The notes: generated by a model not told the origin, from the letters alone. A DNA stretch of 29,877 nucleotides from Candidatus Zixiibacteriota bacterium (GCA_050117845.1 JASFLY010000033.1:1-29877); one strand, 5' to 3'; counted from the stretch's first letter, positions 18,931-26,268 are shown. Program-made: numbers and translations.

Positions 18931-20532
18931 CTAGTTGCTAACCACCATTTTCCCGGCGGCCGAGTCCTCGCCCGCCTCGAGGCGGTAGACGTAAACGCCG
19001 GGGGGCAGGTCGTTGCGGAAACCTACGTCGTGGGACCCCGCTTCGTAGCGGCCCTCGGCCGCGGCGGCGACGCGCCGGCCCGCGGTGTCGTAAATCACCA
19101 GCCGCACGTCGGACGCTTCGGCCAGGCTAAAGCTGAAGGTCGTGAAGTCGCGCACCGGGTTGGGCGCGTTCTGGTAGAGCGCGAAAGCCCGGCGGCTACC
19201 GGTGGAAGGCAGCGCGGCCGGTCCGTACATTTCGGTGGTTCCGGCCGTGGATACGGCCTCGAGCCAGTAGTCGTACGCGGCCGGGCCGGCTTCCTCGTCT
19301 ACGTAAAGGAACGGCGACGCGCCGGTGATGAGTCCCGCGTTCGCTTTTTCGCGGACGCCGTCCCTGGTTTCGCGGTAGAGGTTGTAACCGGCCACGCCGT
19401 CGGAGTCGCCGACACGCCAGCGGACGTCAGCGCCCTCGGCGCCGCGCCGGGCCGTGAAGGACTCGAGTTCCAGGCCGAGCGTTACGTCGTACCACGCGTA
19501 TTTAAGTTTCCTCGGGTTGGCGTGGTAGAACGCTATGCTGGGATAGGTCTCGTGGGCGACGCTCATGGAATGGGGCAGGCCGGCGAAGTCGCCGGAGGCG
19601 ACGACTTTACGTTTCCAGGTCCCGCTGGCGTCCGTCACGACGCGGAGGTTTAGTTTGGCCCACGAGTAATAGGATATGTATTTTTCGCCGGTCGACGTTA
19701 TGCAAATGTCGGTATAGGCCGGCGTCTGGGTTGCGGCTTCGATATCCTCCGTCGCCCAGGTCCCGCCGTCGAGGTGGGCGTATTTAAGGACCGAGTTGTC
19801 CGGGGCGGTATAGGCGACGTGTATTACGTCGTCGGGCGTCATCACCGCGGAACAGTCCGTACCGTCGTCGACGTCTTCGATGACCCATTCGGTCCCGTCA
19901 TACAGGGCGTGTTTTATTTTCTGTTCGACCCTGTTAACGTAAACGACGTGCGGCGTTTCCGTGGAATCGACCATTAGGGTATTAAATGATCCGTCGTTGC
20001 TGCCCGAAACGACCGTTTCCACGTTCCAGGTATCTTCGGCTTCCCTTACCGCGTACACCAAGGCCGTGTTGAACTGGGATATCTCGTAGTCGTACGTAAG
20101 GGCGCCGTAACCGTAAGGCCACGGGCCAAACGACATGGATGCGCCCATTCTTGTACCTTCGGCGATAGTTTCGTAGTGCCAGCTTTCGACCGTCCGGTAC
20201 GCGTAGACGAGTTTTTCGTCTTCCTTATCGCAGTACGCTATATACGGCCTGTCGTACGGGTCGAGCGTGATCGCGGTCGTTCCGTCGACGGCCACGTCGG
20301 TAGCCACGATTTCGAAGAACCACTCTTCGTCCTCGATGCGCGCGTACACGACGTTGTCGAGTAAGCCGGTCGAGTCGAGGAACGAGATATGGGGGTCGCC
20401 TTTGGTATCTATAGCCAGTGCGCAACCCTTTCCCATGTCGGCCGGAGTTATAGTCTCTAAGGCCCAACCGTCGCCCCACGCGGAAGCGACGGCGACCAAG
20501 GCGATTGCCGCCACAAAATAGACGTTCCTCAT
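18931..20532 (-). CDS. Secreted beta-propeller protein with Ig-like and T9SS/FlgD-like C-terminal domain (paralogue B)
   Basis: AGGAGG RBS before MRNVYF; same architecture as 17013-18620, including the WGDGWALETIT start and the SFGPWPxGYG motif. Confidence 0.85.
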   Translation of the reverse strand: MRNVYFVAAIALVAVASAWGDGWALETITPADMGKGCALAIDTKGDPHISFLDSTGLLDNVVYARIEDEEWFFEIVATDVAVDGTTAITLDPYDRPYIAYCDKEDEKLVYAYRTVESWHYETIAEGTRMGASMSFGPWPYGYGALTYDYEISQFNTALVYAVREAEDTWNVETVVSGSNDGSFNTLMVDSTETPHVVYVNRVEQKIKHALYDGTEWVIEDVDDGTDCSAVMTPDDVIHVAYTAPDNSVLKYAHLDGGTWATEDIEAATQTPAYTDICITSTGEKYISYYSWAKLNLRVVTDASGTWKRKVVASGDFAGLPHSMSVAHETYPSIAFYHANPRKLKYAWYDVTLGLELESFTARRGAEGADVRWRVGDSDGVAGYNLYRETRDGVREKANAGLITGASPFLYVDEEAGPAAYDYWLEAVSTAGTTEMYGPAALPSTGSRRAFALYQNAPNPVRDFTTFSFSLAEASDVRLVIYDTAGRRVAAAAEGRYEAGSHDVGFRNDLPPGVYVYRLEAGEDSAAGKMVVSN

Positions 20533-20582
20533 AAAGATCGCCCTCCTAGGCAATGGATTATTTCTTATTTTTATCCTTTTAA

Positions 20583-20611
20583 AGAATAACAGGTTAAATA
20601 TAGCGCGTCAA
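20583..20611 (-). promoter_or_regulatory. Sigma70-type promoter
   Basis: Minus strand TTGACG-N17-TATTCT with a TG extension. Confidence 0.6.
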
Positions 20612-20667
20612 ATGTTTTTTCATTTTAGGGGAGCGGAATTTGACGGGGCGCGCGGGGGGGGTATAGG

Positions 20668-20690
20668 GAAAGCCGCCCCGGAGGGCGGCT
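20668..20690 (-). terminator. Possible terminator of the GTPase operon
   Basis: AGCCGCCC-cgga-GGGCGGCT hairpin; U-tract is short. Confidence 0.45.
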
Positions 20691-20814
20691 ACATAAGGGG
20701 GGTAGGGGTCGATTTCCGTAACCGGGAGGCCATACCTTTCCCGGCGTTCGAACTTAACGACGGCACGCGGCCGTTTGAAGTCGCCGCAACCGTCAGGTAA
20801 AACGAGAGACGGTA

Positions 20815-22122
20815 TTAATGGCCGCGCAGTTTTCGGAGGATCCTTTTTAAGATACCCTTGTCAGCCGTAGGCGTTTTATAGCCGTTGTTGCCGCGTTTCA
20901 GGGCCGCGGCGGCCGTCTCGCCTTCGATGCGACATACCAAATCGAGTTCCGCGAGCTTGGCCAGGACCGACAGTATTTTAAATACCGGAAAATGGGCCTT
21001 GGTCGAAAGCGCCTTGACGTCTCTTTCGCCGTCAATAAGGCTCAGGATCTTCCACTCGTTCAGGTCCAGATTGATGTTAACGGTCGCCGGGTCGGCGTTG
21101 ATTTTAAACACGTCGTAGAGGGACGGTACGTCACCGCTGTTTTTCAAAACGGATTTAACTTCCTCCACGCCTTCCAGGATTTCGTTGATGTCCACTTCCG
21201 CCACGACGTCCTCCTGTTGAAGCGTGGAATGCGGCTCGAATACGAAATCGCCTTCGGTCTCGGCCAGCACGTCGTTCAAAGCCTTCACAATTTGTTCGGA
21301 TATGCAATCGATCAAGGTCGAGGATTTCAGGACCCCCATGCCGACGAGAAGGGTGCCGAGGCGAAGGAATTTCCCCTTGCGCTTCAGCTTTTTCTGTTGT
21401 TTCAACGCGTCGTAAAGTTCGACCGGCTGGATGAGGTTGCGGCCCAGCATCAACTCGCCGATTTTATCGCGCGGGAGAGAAGGCGTGGCGTAAACCGCTT
21501 TGCCGTCCCGGAAGTAAATCGCCACCTTGCGGCCCTGCCCCTGGACGTACAGGGTCCCGGTACGGCGCGACCGGGCGATGCATTGGACCACCTCCGGCAG
21601 GCAGAACCCCGTTACTTCGCCCTCGAAACGGAGTTTGAGGGGAGACTCCAGGAAGTCGGGGTCGCCGTTCGAGGGGGGAGCCTCGTCGGCGGGGGGCGGT
21701 TCGACCCGTTCGCGGGCGAGCTTCACCGGTTCCGGGGCGAAGGCGGGAGATTCCGGAACGTCATAAACTTCCAATACCATGTTTTCGAGCGGGGCCGGCC
21801 CTTCGTTCTCGGGGGAGGGGTTCTCCACGGCGAGCGTGGTCTCTTCGCCGATGCGCACGTCGTCCTGGGCCGTAATCTCGGCCGCGGTAACGCGGTCGGC
21901 GTTGACGGTTACGCCGAAGGCCGACATCAGGTCTTCTATATAGAGGCGCCGGCCGTCCCACGTCAGGATGCAGTGTTCCGGATCGACGGTATCCCCCACC
22001 AGCATTATGTCGCAACCGTGGTCGCTACCGATAAGGTAGTGCCCGGGCCCGAGAACGACTTCTTTCGAAGGGTTCGAACGGTTGCAAAACTTAACGGAAA
22101 TACTCGTTACACTTGTCGCCAT
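20815..22122 (-). CDS. FHA-like + DUF4388 (PatA-N-like) protein with MshEN-like motif pair and C-terminal helical/wHTH-like domain
   Basis: YLIGSDHGCDIML...EHCIL...IEDLMSAFGVTVN (FHA fold); FEGEV...LPEVVQCIARSRRTGTL...IYFRDGKAVYA...GDFVF (DUF4388); KIGELML.../RLGTLLV...; RBS GGGAG before the ATG at 22122. Confidence 0.8.
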   Translation of the reverse strand: MATSVTSISVKFCNRSNPSKEVVLGPGHYLIGSDHGCDIMLVGDTVDPEHCILTWDGRRLYIEDLMSAFGVTVNADRVTAAEITAQDDVRIGEETTLAVENPSPENEGPAPLENMVLEVYDVPESPAFAPEPVKLARERVEPPPADEAPPSNGDPDFLESPLKLRFEGEVTGFCLPEVVQCIARSRRTGTLYVQGQGRKVAIYFRDGKAVYATPSLPRDKIGELMLGRNLIQPVELYDALKQQKKLKRKGKFLRLGTLLVGMGVLKSSTLIDCISEQIVKALNDVLAETEGDFVFEPHSTLQQEDVVAEVDINEILEGVEEVKSVLKNSGDVPSLYDVFKINADPATVNINLDLNEWKILSLIDGERDVKALSTKAHFPVFKILSVLAKLAELDLVCRIEGETAAAALKRGNNGYKTPTADKGILKRILRKLRGH

Positions 22123-22156
22123 GTCGCTCCCTTTCACGGCCCGCCGCGTATCCCGC

Positions 22157-22711
22157 TTACTCCGGTACGGGCGCGCCGGAAGGACGCTTTATTATTAATT
22201 GGAACAGGCTTAAAAGGACCCGTCGCGTCGTGTCGACGTCCGTGGCGACGCAGGGCAGTACCGGAACGCCGGCGCCGTCGAGGGCGAGTACGAATTCGAC
22301 CTCGGCGGGCGAGAGGGCGCTCTGGACGTCCTGTTTATTGGCCGCAACGAGAAACGGCACGTCCCCCAACGATTCGAAGAAGTCGATAATACGACGCGTG
22401 TTCCAACACGTCTCGGGTCGCGTGGAGTCGAAAAGCAACACGTACCCGAGCATACCCATTGACAATATCTCCCACATGAAATCGAAACGGACCTGGCCCG
22501 GCGTTCCGAAAACGTGGACCACGGCATCGTCGTCCACGGTGTACCGGCCGAAGTCCATCGCCACCGTCGTTTCTTTTTTTAAATCGATATATTCGTCCGA
22601 AACCGGCCGGTCCGTCATCACGATGTCTATTTCGCTCAACGTCCGGATGAATTCCGTTTTGCCGGCGCCTACGTCGCCGGTAATCAGCACTTTGATGATT
22701 TCTTTATCCAT
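22157..22711 (-). CDS. Small GTPase, MglA/CvnD-like (ATP/GTP-binding)
   Basis: G1 GDVGAGKT, TTVAMDFG, G3 GTPGQxRF, G4 NKQD, G5 CVAT. Confidence 0.92.
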   Translation of the reverse strand: MDKEIIKVLITGDVGAGKTEFIRTLSEIDIVMTDRPVSDEYIDLKKETTVAMDFGRYTVDDDAVVHVFGTPGQVRFDFMWEILSMGMLGYVLLFDSTRPETCWNTRRIIDFFESLGDVPFLVAANKQDVQSALSPAEVEFVLALDGAGVPVLPCVATDVDTTRRVLLSLFQLIIKRPSGAPVPE

Positions 22712-22808
22712 GCGATAGGGTGAAGTGCGTCATGGACGGGGCACGATTTTAATTCTTACCGTATCGTCCCGGGCCACGCCCCGTTTTCCGGGCCGCGTCC
22801 GTTAATAC

Positions 22809-23180
22809 CTATATTAAGGCTTCGATTTCCTTGGCGGAGCGGCGGAGGTCTAAAAAGATAATGCCGAGCTTGGCGTCCTCGCGACATAAGGCGCCTAGCA
22901 CGGCTTCTCGGCCTGCTCCCATGAGTACGATGTAACCTTTTTCCCCCTTGACGAAAACCTCGTTCAATTCGCCCCTGTCCAACTCGGTCGAACTGCGGTC
23001 CCCCAATGCCAGAAGCGCCGCGGCCATGGCGGCCACGCGATCTTCGTCGACGTCGGACGGCAGGGCGCTCGCCATAACCAGGCCGTCGGCGGAAACGACT
23101 ACACTCCCCTCTATATCGGGGGTCGCCGCTTCCAAATCTTTAAGGGCCCGTTTTAACGCTTCGGCGCGCGATAAAGCCAT
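22809..23180 (-). CDS. Roadblock/LC7 (MglB-like) protein, copy 1
   Basis: IEGSVVVSADGLVMASAL...DRVAAMAAALLALG...ELDRG...VFVKGEKGY...AKLGIIFLD. Confidence 0.95.
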   Translation of the reverse strand: MALSRAEALKRALKDLEAATPDIEGSVVVSADGLVMASALPSDVDEDRVAAMAAALLALGDRSSTELDRGELNEVFVKGEKGYIVLMGAGREAVLGALCREDAKLGIIFLDLRRSAKEIEALI

Positions 23181-23371
23181 TGCCGTTTCCCCTTCCGTTA
23201 CCTCGTGCGTCCAACGATATCTTTCCCCCGAATCAACCCGCTTAACAATTACCTAATTAAATTCATCATTATATCATGACAGTAGTACTGTACCGCTATT
23301 CGTGGGGTATTAAACTCGCACGTAATATCCATAATTCGTTATCGTTAATAACAATCAATAGTATATATTTA

Positions 23372-23400
23372 TATATAGCACATTACTTATGACGCGTCAA
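23372..23400 (-). promoter_or_regulatory. Sigma70-type promoter for roadblock1-GTPase-DUF4388
   Basis: Minus strand TTGACG-N17-TATATA with a TG extension, in an AT-rich intergenic region. Confidence 0.6.
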
Positions 23401-23589
23401 ATTTATATCGGATAATTAAGCTATTAGTTCGCTATTTATATCGTGAAAACTGTAACAACCTCCCAATTACCCATTACGAAACTCTTTGCAATGGTCATAT
23501 GTAGGCCATTACACGAAATAGGTACTGTTATGGTTTTACAGTGGGGGGATGCGCCGCGTATGGGCGCTTAGGTTTCGAGCGGGCGTAAC

Positions 23590-23652
23590 AAAAAAGGCCG
23601 GCGCTAAACGTCAGGCATAGAGGCCCCCATCCCTAACGATAACGCCGGCCTT
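23590..23652 (-). terminator. Long imperfect hairpin terminator after the mini-protein cluster
   Basis: Basal stem AAGGCCGGCG/CGCCGGCCTT (23594-23603, 23643-23652), internal pairing CGUUAGG/CCUGACG, then a U-run on the minus strand. Confidence 0.7.
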
Positions 23653-23689
23653 GTCCGGTTGAAGATTACCCCCCGGCCGTCTTACGGTT

Positions 23690-23818
23690 TTATTTCGGCT
23701 CGTACAGCTTGCAGTTGTCCTCGTCTTTGGGTGGAACGAAACGTTCCATCTTCTCGCACCAAGTATGACCTAATTCGTTAGGTTCTCCGGCGTACTTGCA
23801 GTCTCCCTTGTGCGCCAT
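23690..23818 (-). CDS. 42-aa three-Cys mini-protein 1: MAHKGDCKYAGEPNELGHTWCEKMERFVPPKDEDNCKLYEPK
   Basis: Translated by hand (absent from the ORF track); AAGGA RBS; shares the DCK[WY]A..GEP...G..WC[ED]K...C..YE motif with both neighbours. Confidence 0.85.
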   Translation of the reverse strand: MAHKGDCKYAGEPNELGHTWCEKMERFVPPKDEDNCKLYEPK

Positions 23819-23878
23819 TTCCCACATCCTTATTTATCCCGTGAAGCTGCCCTTGGCGTCAGGGTACGTTGGATCGCG

Positions 23879-24013
23879 TTATTCTTTTTCGTAGTGTTCG
23901 CAGGTCGGCTTTTCGCTGCCGTTGACCATACAACTGAGTTTATCGCACCAAAATAACCCAGTGGGGTCGGGTTCGCCCTGCGCCCACTTGCAATCCGACT
24001 TCGCGTTGGCCAT
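23879..24013 (-). CDS. 44-aa Cys mini-protein 2: MANAKSDCKWAQGEPDPTGLFWCDKLSCMVNGSEKPTCEHYEKE
   Basis: Translated by hand (absent from the ORF track); GAGGA RBS 7 nt upstream; 30/44 identical to mini-protein 3. Confidence 0.88.
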   Translation of the reverse strand: MANAKSDCKWAQGEPDPTGLFWCDKLSCMVNGSEKPTCEHYEKE

Positions 24014-24086
24014 GCTTCGTTCCTCGTTTCTCGAAGGTAGCTTCCGGGTGGGTGTTGGAGGTTTGGATTCATCAGTTCAAGCGTGT

Positions 24087-24221
24087 TTACGCCTTTTCGT
24101 AATGCTCACAGGTGGGTCGTTCTGCGCCGGTTACGGTACGGCCCAGTTTTTCGCACCAGAACATGCCGTTGGGGTCCGGGTCGCCTTCGGCCCATTTGCA
24201 ATCGGATACGGAATTTGCCAT
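24087..24221 (-). CDS. 44-aa three-Cys mini-protein 3: MANSVSDCKWAEGDPDPNGMFWCEKLGRTVTGAERPTCEHYEKA
   Basis: C-terminal part of the ORF-track entry 24087..24275; AAGGAG RBS before the ATG at 24221, and the start aligns with its paralogues. Confidence 0.88.
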   Translation of the reverse strand: MANSVSDCKWAEGDPDPNGMFWCEKLGRTVTGAERPTCEHYEKA

Positions 24222-24311
24222 TACTGGCTGCGCTCCTTTCTCGCCGCGCCGGGGTTCCCCGGCCCGACCCGCCATTCCCGGTTGGAAACCGCGGCCTGAA
24301 TATTCCTCTCT

Positions 24312-24797
24312 TTATTTGGCGTACAGGTCGATGTTGAATACGGTCGAGTTCGCCTCGGGTTTGTATTCCGCGGCGACGATTTTCCCGTTGACCTTGAGTT
24401 GTTTGTTCAGGCCCGCCATGACGATTCCGACGATGGGGCAGGGCGGGATTTCCACGCCCTCGGCCCGGAAGGCCGCGGTGGCGGAAGCGAAAACGCACAT
24501 CCCGATATCCAGGACGAGTTTCTCGTCGTCGGCTTCGATTACTTCGAATACCTGCGTTATCCCGGACTTCTTGAACTCCTCGGCGAACGATTTTACGAGT
24601 TCGGGTACGTCTTTCCCCTTGGGTTCCTCGAAGCCGATACCTTTCAAGAATTTGGGGCCGTATTCCGAGTTTACGAGGGCTTCCCCGAACTGGCGTACGA
24701 CGAGGCGGACCATGTTGAGGTCGACCAGGTTGTTCAGGGCCGTACCGAAGCCGTACATAGTTACGTTGAGTAACGAATTGTATCCTCGTGCATCCAT
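24312..24797 (-). CDS. Stand-alone V4R/MetOD1-like (H-NOX-related fold) small-molecule- or metal-binding protein 1
   Basis: AAGGAG RBS; helical N-half (VRQFGEAL), then beta-strand-C-x-F...PPCPIVGIV...TVFNI, typical of V4R-like domains; family assignment by eye. Confidence 0.6.
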   Translation of the reverse strand: MDARGYNSLLNVTMYGFGTALNNLVDLNMVRLVVRQFGEALVNSEYGPKFLKGIGFEEPKGKDVPELVKSFAEEFKKSGITQVFEVIEADDEKLVLDIGMCVFASATAAFRAEGVEIPPCPIVGIVMAGLNKQLKVNGKIVAAEYKPEANSTVFNIDLYAK

Positions 24798-24960
24798 AAC
24801 CTACTCCTTTTTTCCCGGCCTTTAGTTGATTTTTTCGGGTGTCGGGTCCGTGCCCGGCCTTTCGGGTTGGAAGCCTAAAAAAGAACGGGGGAAAGTACGG
24901 AAGGCCATTTAACCAAGGCCGACGGCCGTTACGCCGTAACGGCCGGCATCCAATACCCCT

Positions 24961-25332
24961 TTAAACGATCTTTTCGAGTTCTCCGGCGGCTCGACGCATA
25001 TCGAGGAATATCATGCCGAGTTTCGCGTCCTCGCGGCAAAGCGCTCCCAGTACCGCTTCGCGGCCGGCTCCCATGAGTACGATGTAACCCTTTTCTCCTT
25101 TCACGAAAACTTCGTTCAGGTTGCCGCGGTCCAGTTCCGTGGCGCTCCGGTCGCCGAGCGCCAACAGCGCGGCGGCCATCGCGGCTACGCGGTCCTCGTC
25201 GACGTCGGAGGGGAGGGCGCTCGACATTACCAGGCCGTCGGCCGAAACGACGACGCTCCCTTCGATGTCGGGAGTCCCCGATTCCAGGTCCTTCAAGATC
25301 GTCTTCAAAGCTTCACTTCGTGAAATAGCCAT
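24961..25332 (-). CDS. Roadblock/LC7 (MglB-like) protein, copy 2
   Basis: 106/123 identical to copy 1 by manual alignment; AAGGAG RBS before the ATG at 25332. Confidence 0.95.
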   Translation of the reverse strand: MAISRSEALKTILKDLESGTPDIEGSVVVSADGLVMSSALPSDVDEDRVAAMAAALLALGDRSATELDRGNLNEVFVKGEKGYIVLMGAGREAVLGALCREDAKLGMIFLDMRRAAGELEKIV

Positions 25333-25535
25333 TAACCTTCTCCTTTCCAACCTAAACCGTAAAAGAAAATAATGCCGTGACGTTCCGGGATAATCGCGTC
25401 TGGTCTGACGAAGATTAACCCGCGTCCGGTATCGTCGATATCTTAAGGATCATTCTTCCGATATTCGGGGGCCGTATCGAAAAACGACTTATAGGTATCG
25501 GGATAATATATTTAACCAATCCTAACAATATTAGT

Positions 25536-25564
25536 TATATAACATATTATCAAAGAGCAGTCAA
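25536..25564 (-). promoter_or_regulatory. Sigma70-type promoter for roadblock2-V4R1-mini-proteins
   Basis: Minus strand TTGACT-N17-TATATA with a TG extension; same architecture as 23372-23400. Confidence 0.6.
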
Positions 25565-25770
25565 TATTATACCGTTAGAATGTACAATTTGTTGTTGACT
25601 AAATTGCTACATATTAGGGGCGAGGTTTACGGTTCGGCCTTGGGTGACCAGGGCGTGATCAATGGGGTGGGGGAGGGGGCGTTACGGCGGGCATATTTTG
25701 CCCCCTCGAGGGTGGCGTTTCGGGAAGGTCCGGGCCGCGGTAAACCCGATTCATTTAAATAAACCGGGTC

Positions 25771-26268
25771 CTAATCGTCGTCGGCCTTTTGGTTCCGCGA
25801 GTACGCGAACCGGCAGAAATCCCCCTCCTTGACGAAGTGCTTTTTCCCGTCCATTTGTACGAGCGACCACTCGTCCGCGACGAGCGTTTTCAGCGTGCTT
25901 TCGATAAGGCCCGGGAGCGGGCAGGCGGTTCCGAGGAATTCGGCGCCGGCGACCCCTTTGGGGCACAATTTGCAGAGATTCGTGGGAACGGCCACTTTTA
26001 TCTCGTCCGCCCCCCCGGAAACGTCGTACTCTTTGGCTACGTCCAACGCCCCCATAATCTTTTTTACCGATTCTACCGGGTCGCCGTTCCGGTAGGCGTC
26101 GCCGTCTTTGATCTTAAGGAATTCGGCGACGTGTTTGCCGGCGCTCCTCACGATTAACGTTACCGTAATCTGGTTCAGGAGGCCCAGTTCCGCGGCGCTT
26201 CCCAAAAGAGAGGCGGTTAAAAGGTGGTGAATACCTACGCCCCGTTCTTCGATGATCTTGTCGAGCAT
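25771..26268 (-). CDS. Stand-alone V4R-like protein 2 with four Cys (CKLC...ACP...CRF)
   Basis: GGAGG RBS; VRSAGKHVAE helix, CKLCPKG, TACPLPGLIE, terminal CRFAY strand as in V4R domains; family assignment by eye. Confidence 0.6.
   Translation of the reverse strand: MLDKIIEERGVGIHHLLTASLLGSAAELGLLNQITVTLIVRSAGKHVAEFLKIKDGDAYRNGDPVESVKKIMGALDVAKEYDVSGGADEIKVAVPTNLCKLCPKGVAGAEFLGTACPLPGLIESTLKTLVADEWSLVQMDGKKHFVKEGDFCRFAYSRNQKADDD

Noticed and set aside
235..22718. Many long overlapping ORFs (e.g. 1755-3077, 6178-7521, 12873-14792, 17004-18098, 20992-22389)
   Set aside because: Antisense or frame-shifted shadows of well-supported genes in high-GC DNA; Arg/Gly/Pro-rich or lacking any family motif
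23690..24221. Mini-proteins as RiPP precursors or as a CRISPR-like repeat array
   Set aside because: No radical SAM, YcaO, lanthipeptide, peptidase or transporter gene is adjacent, and there is no leader/core split; similarity is at protein level, not identical DNA repeats with spacers
23830..24337. ORF-track entries 23830-24072, 23922-24299 and 24083-24337
   Set aside because: They overlap the better-supported mini-protein frames, which have RBSs and mutual homology
24268..24875. Similar short intergenic strings (GGTTGGAA core at about 24280 and 24865)
   Set aside because: Only about 20 nt with several mismatches; could be chance, so not enough to call a motif
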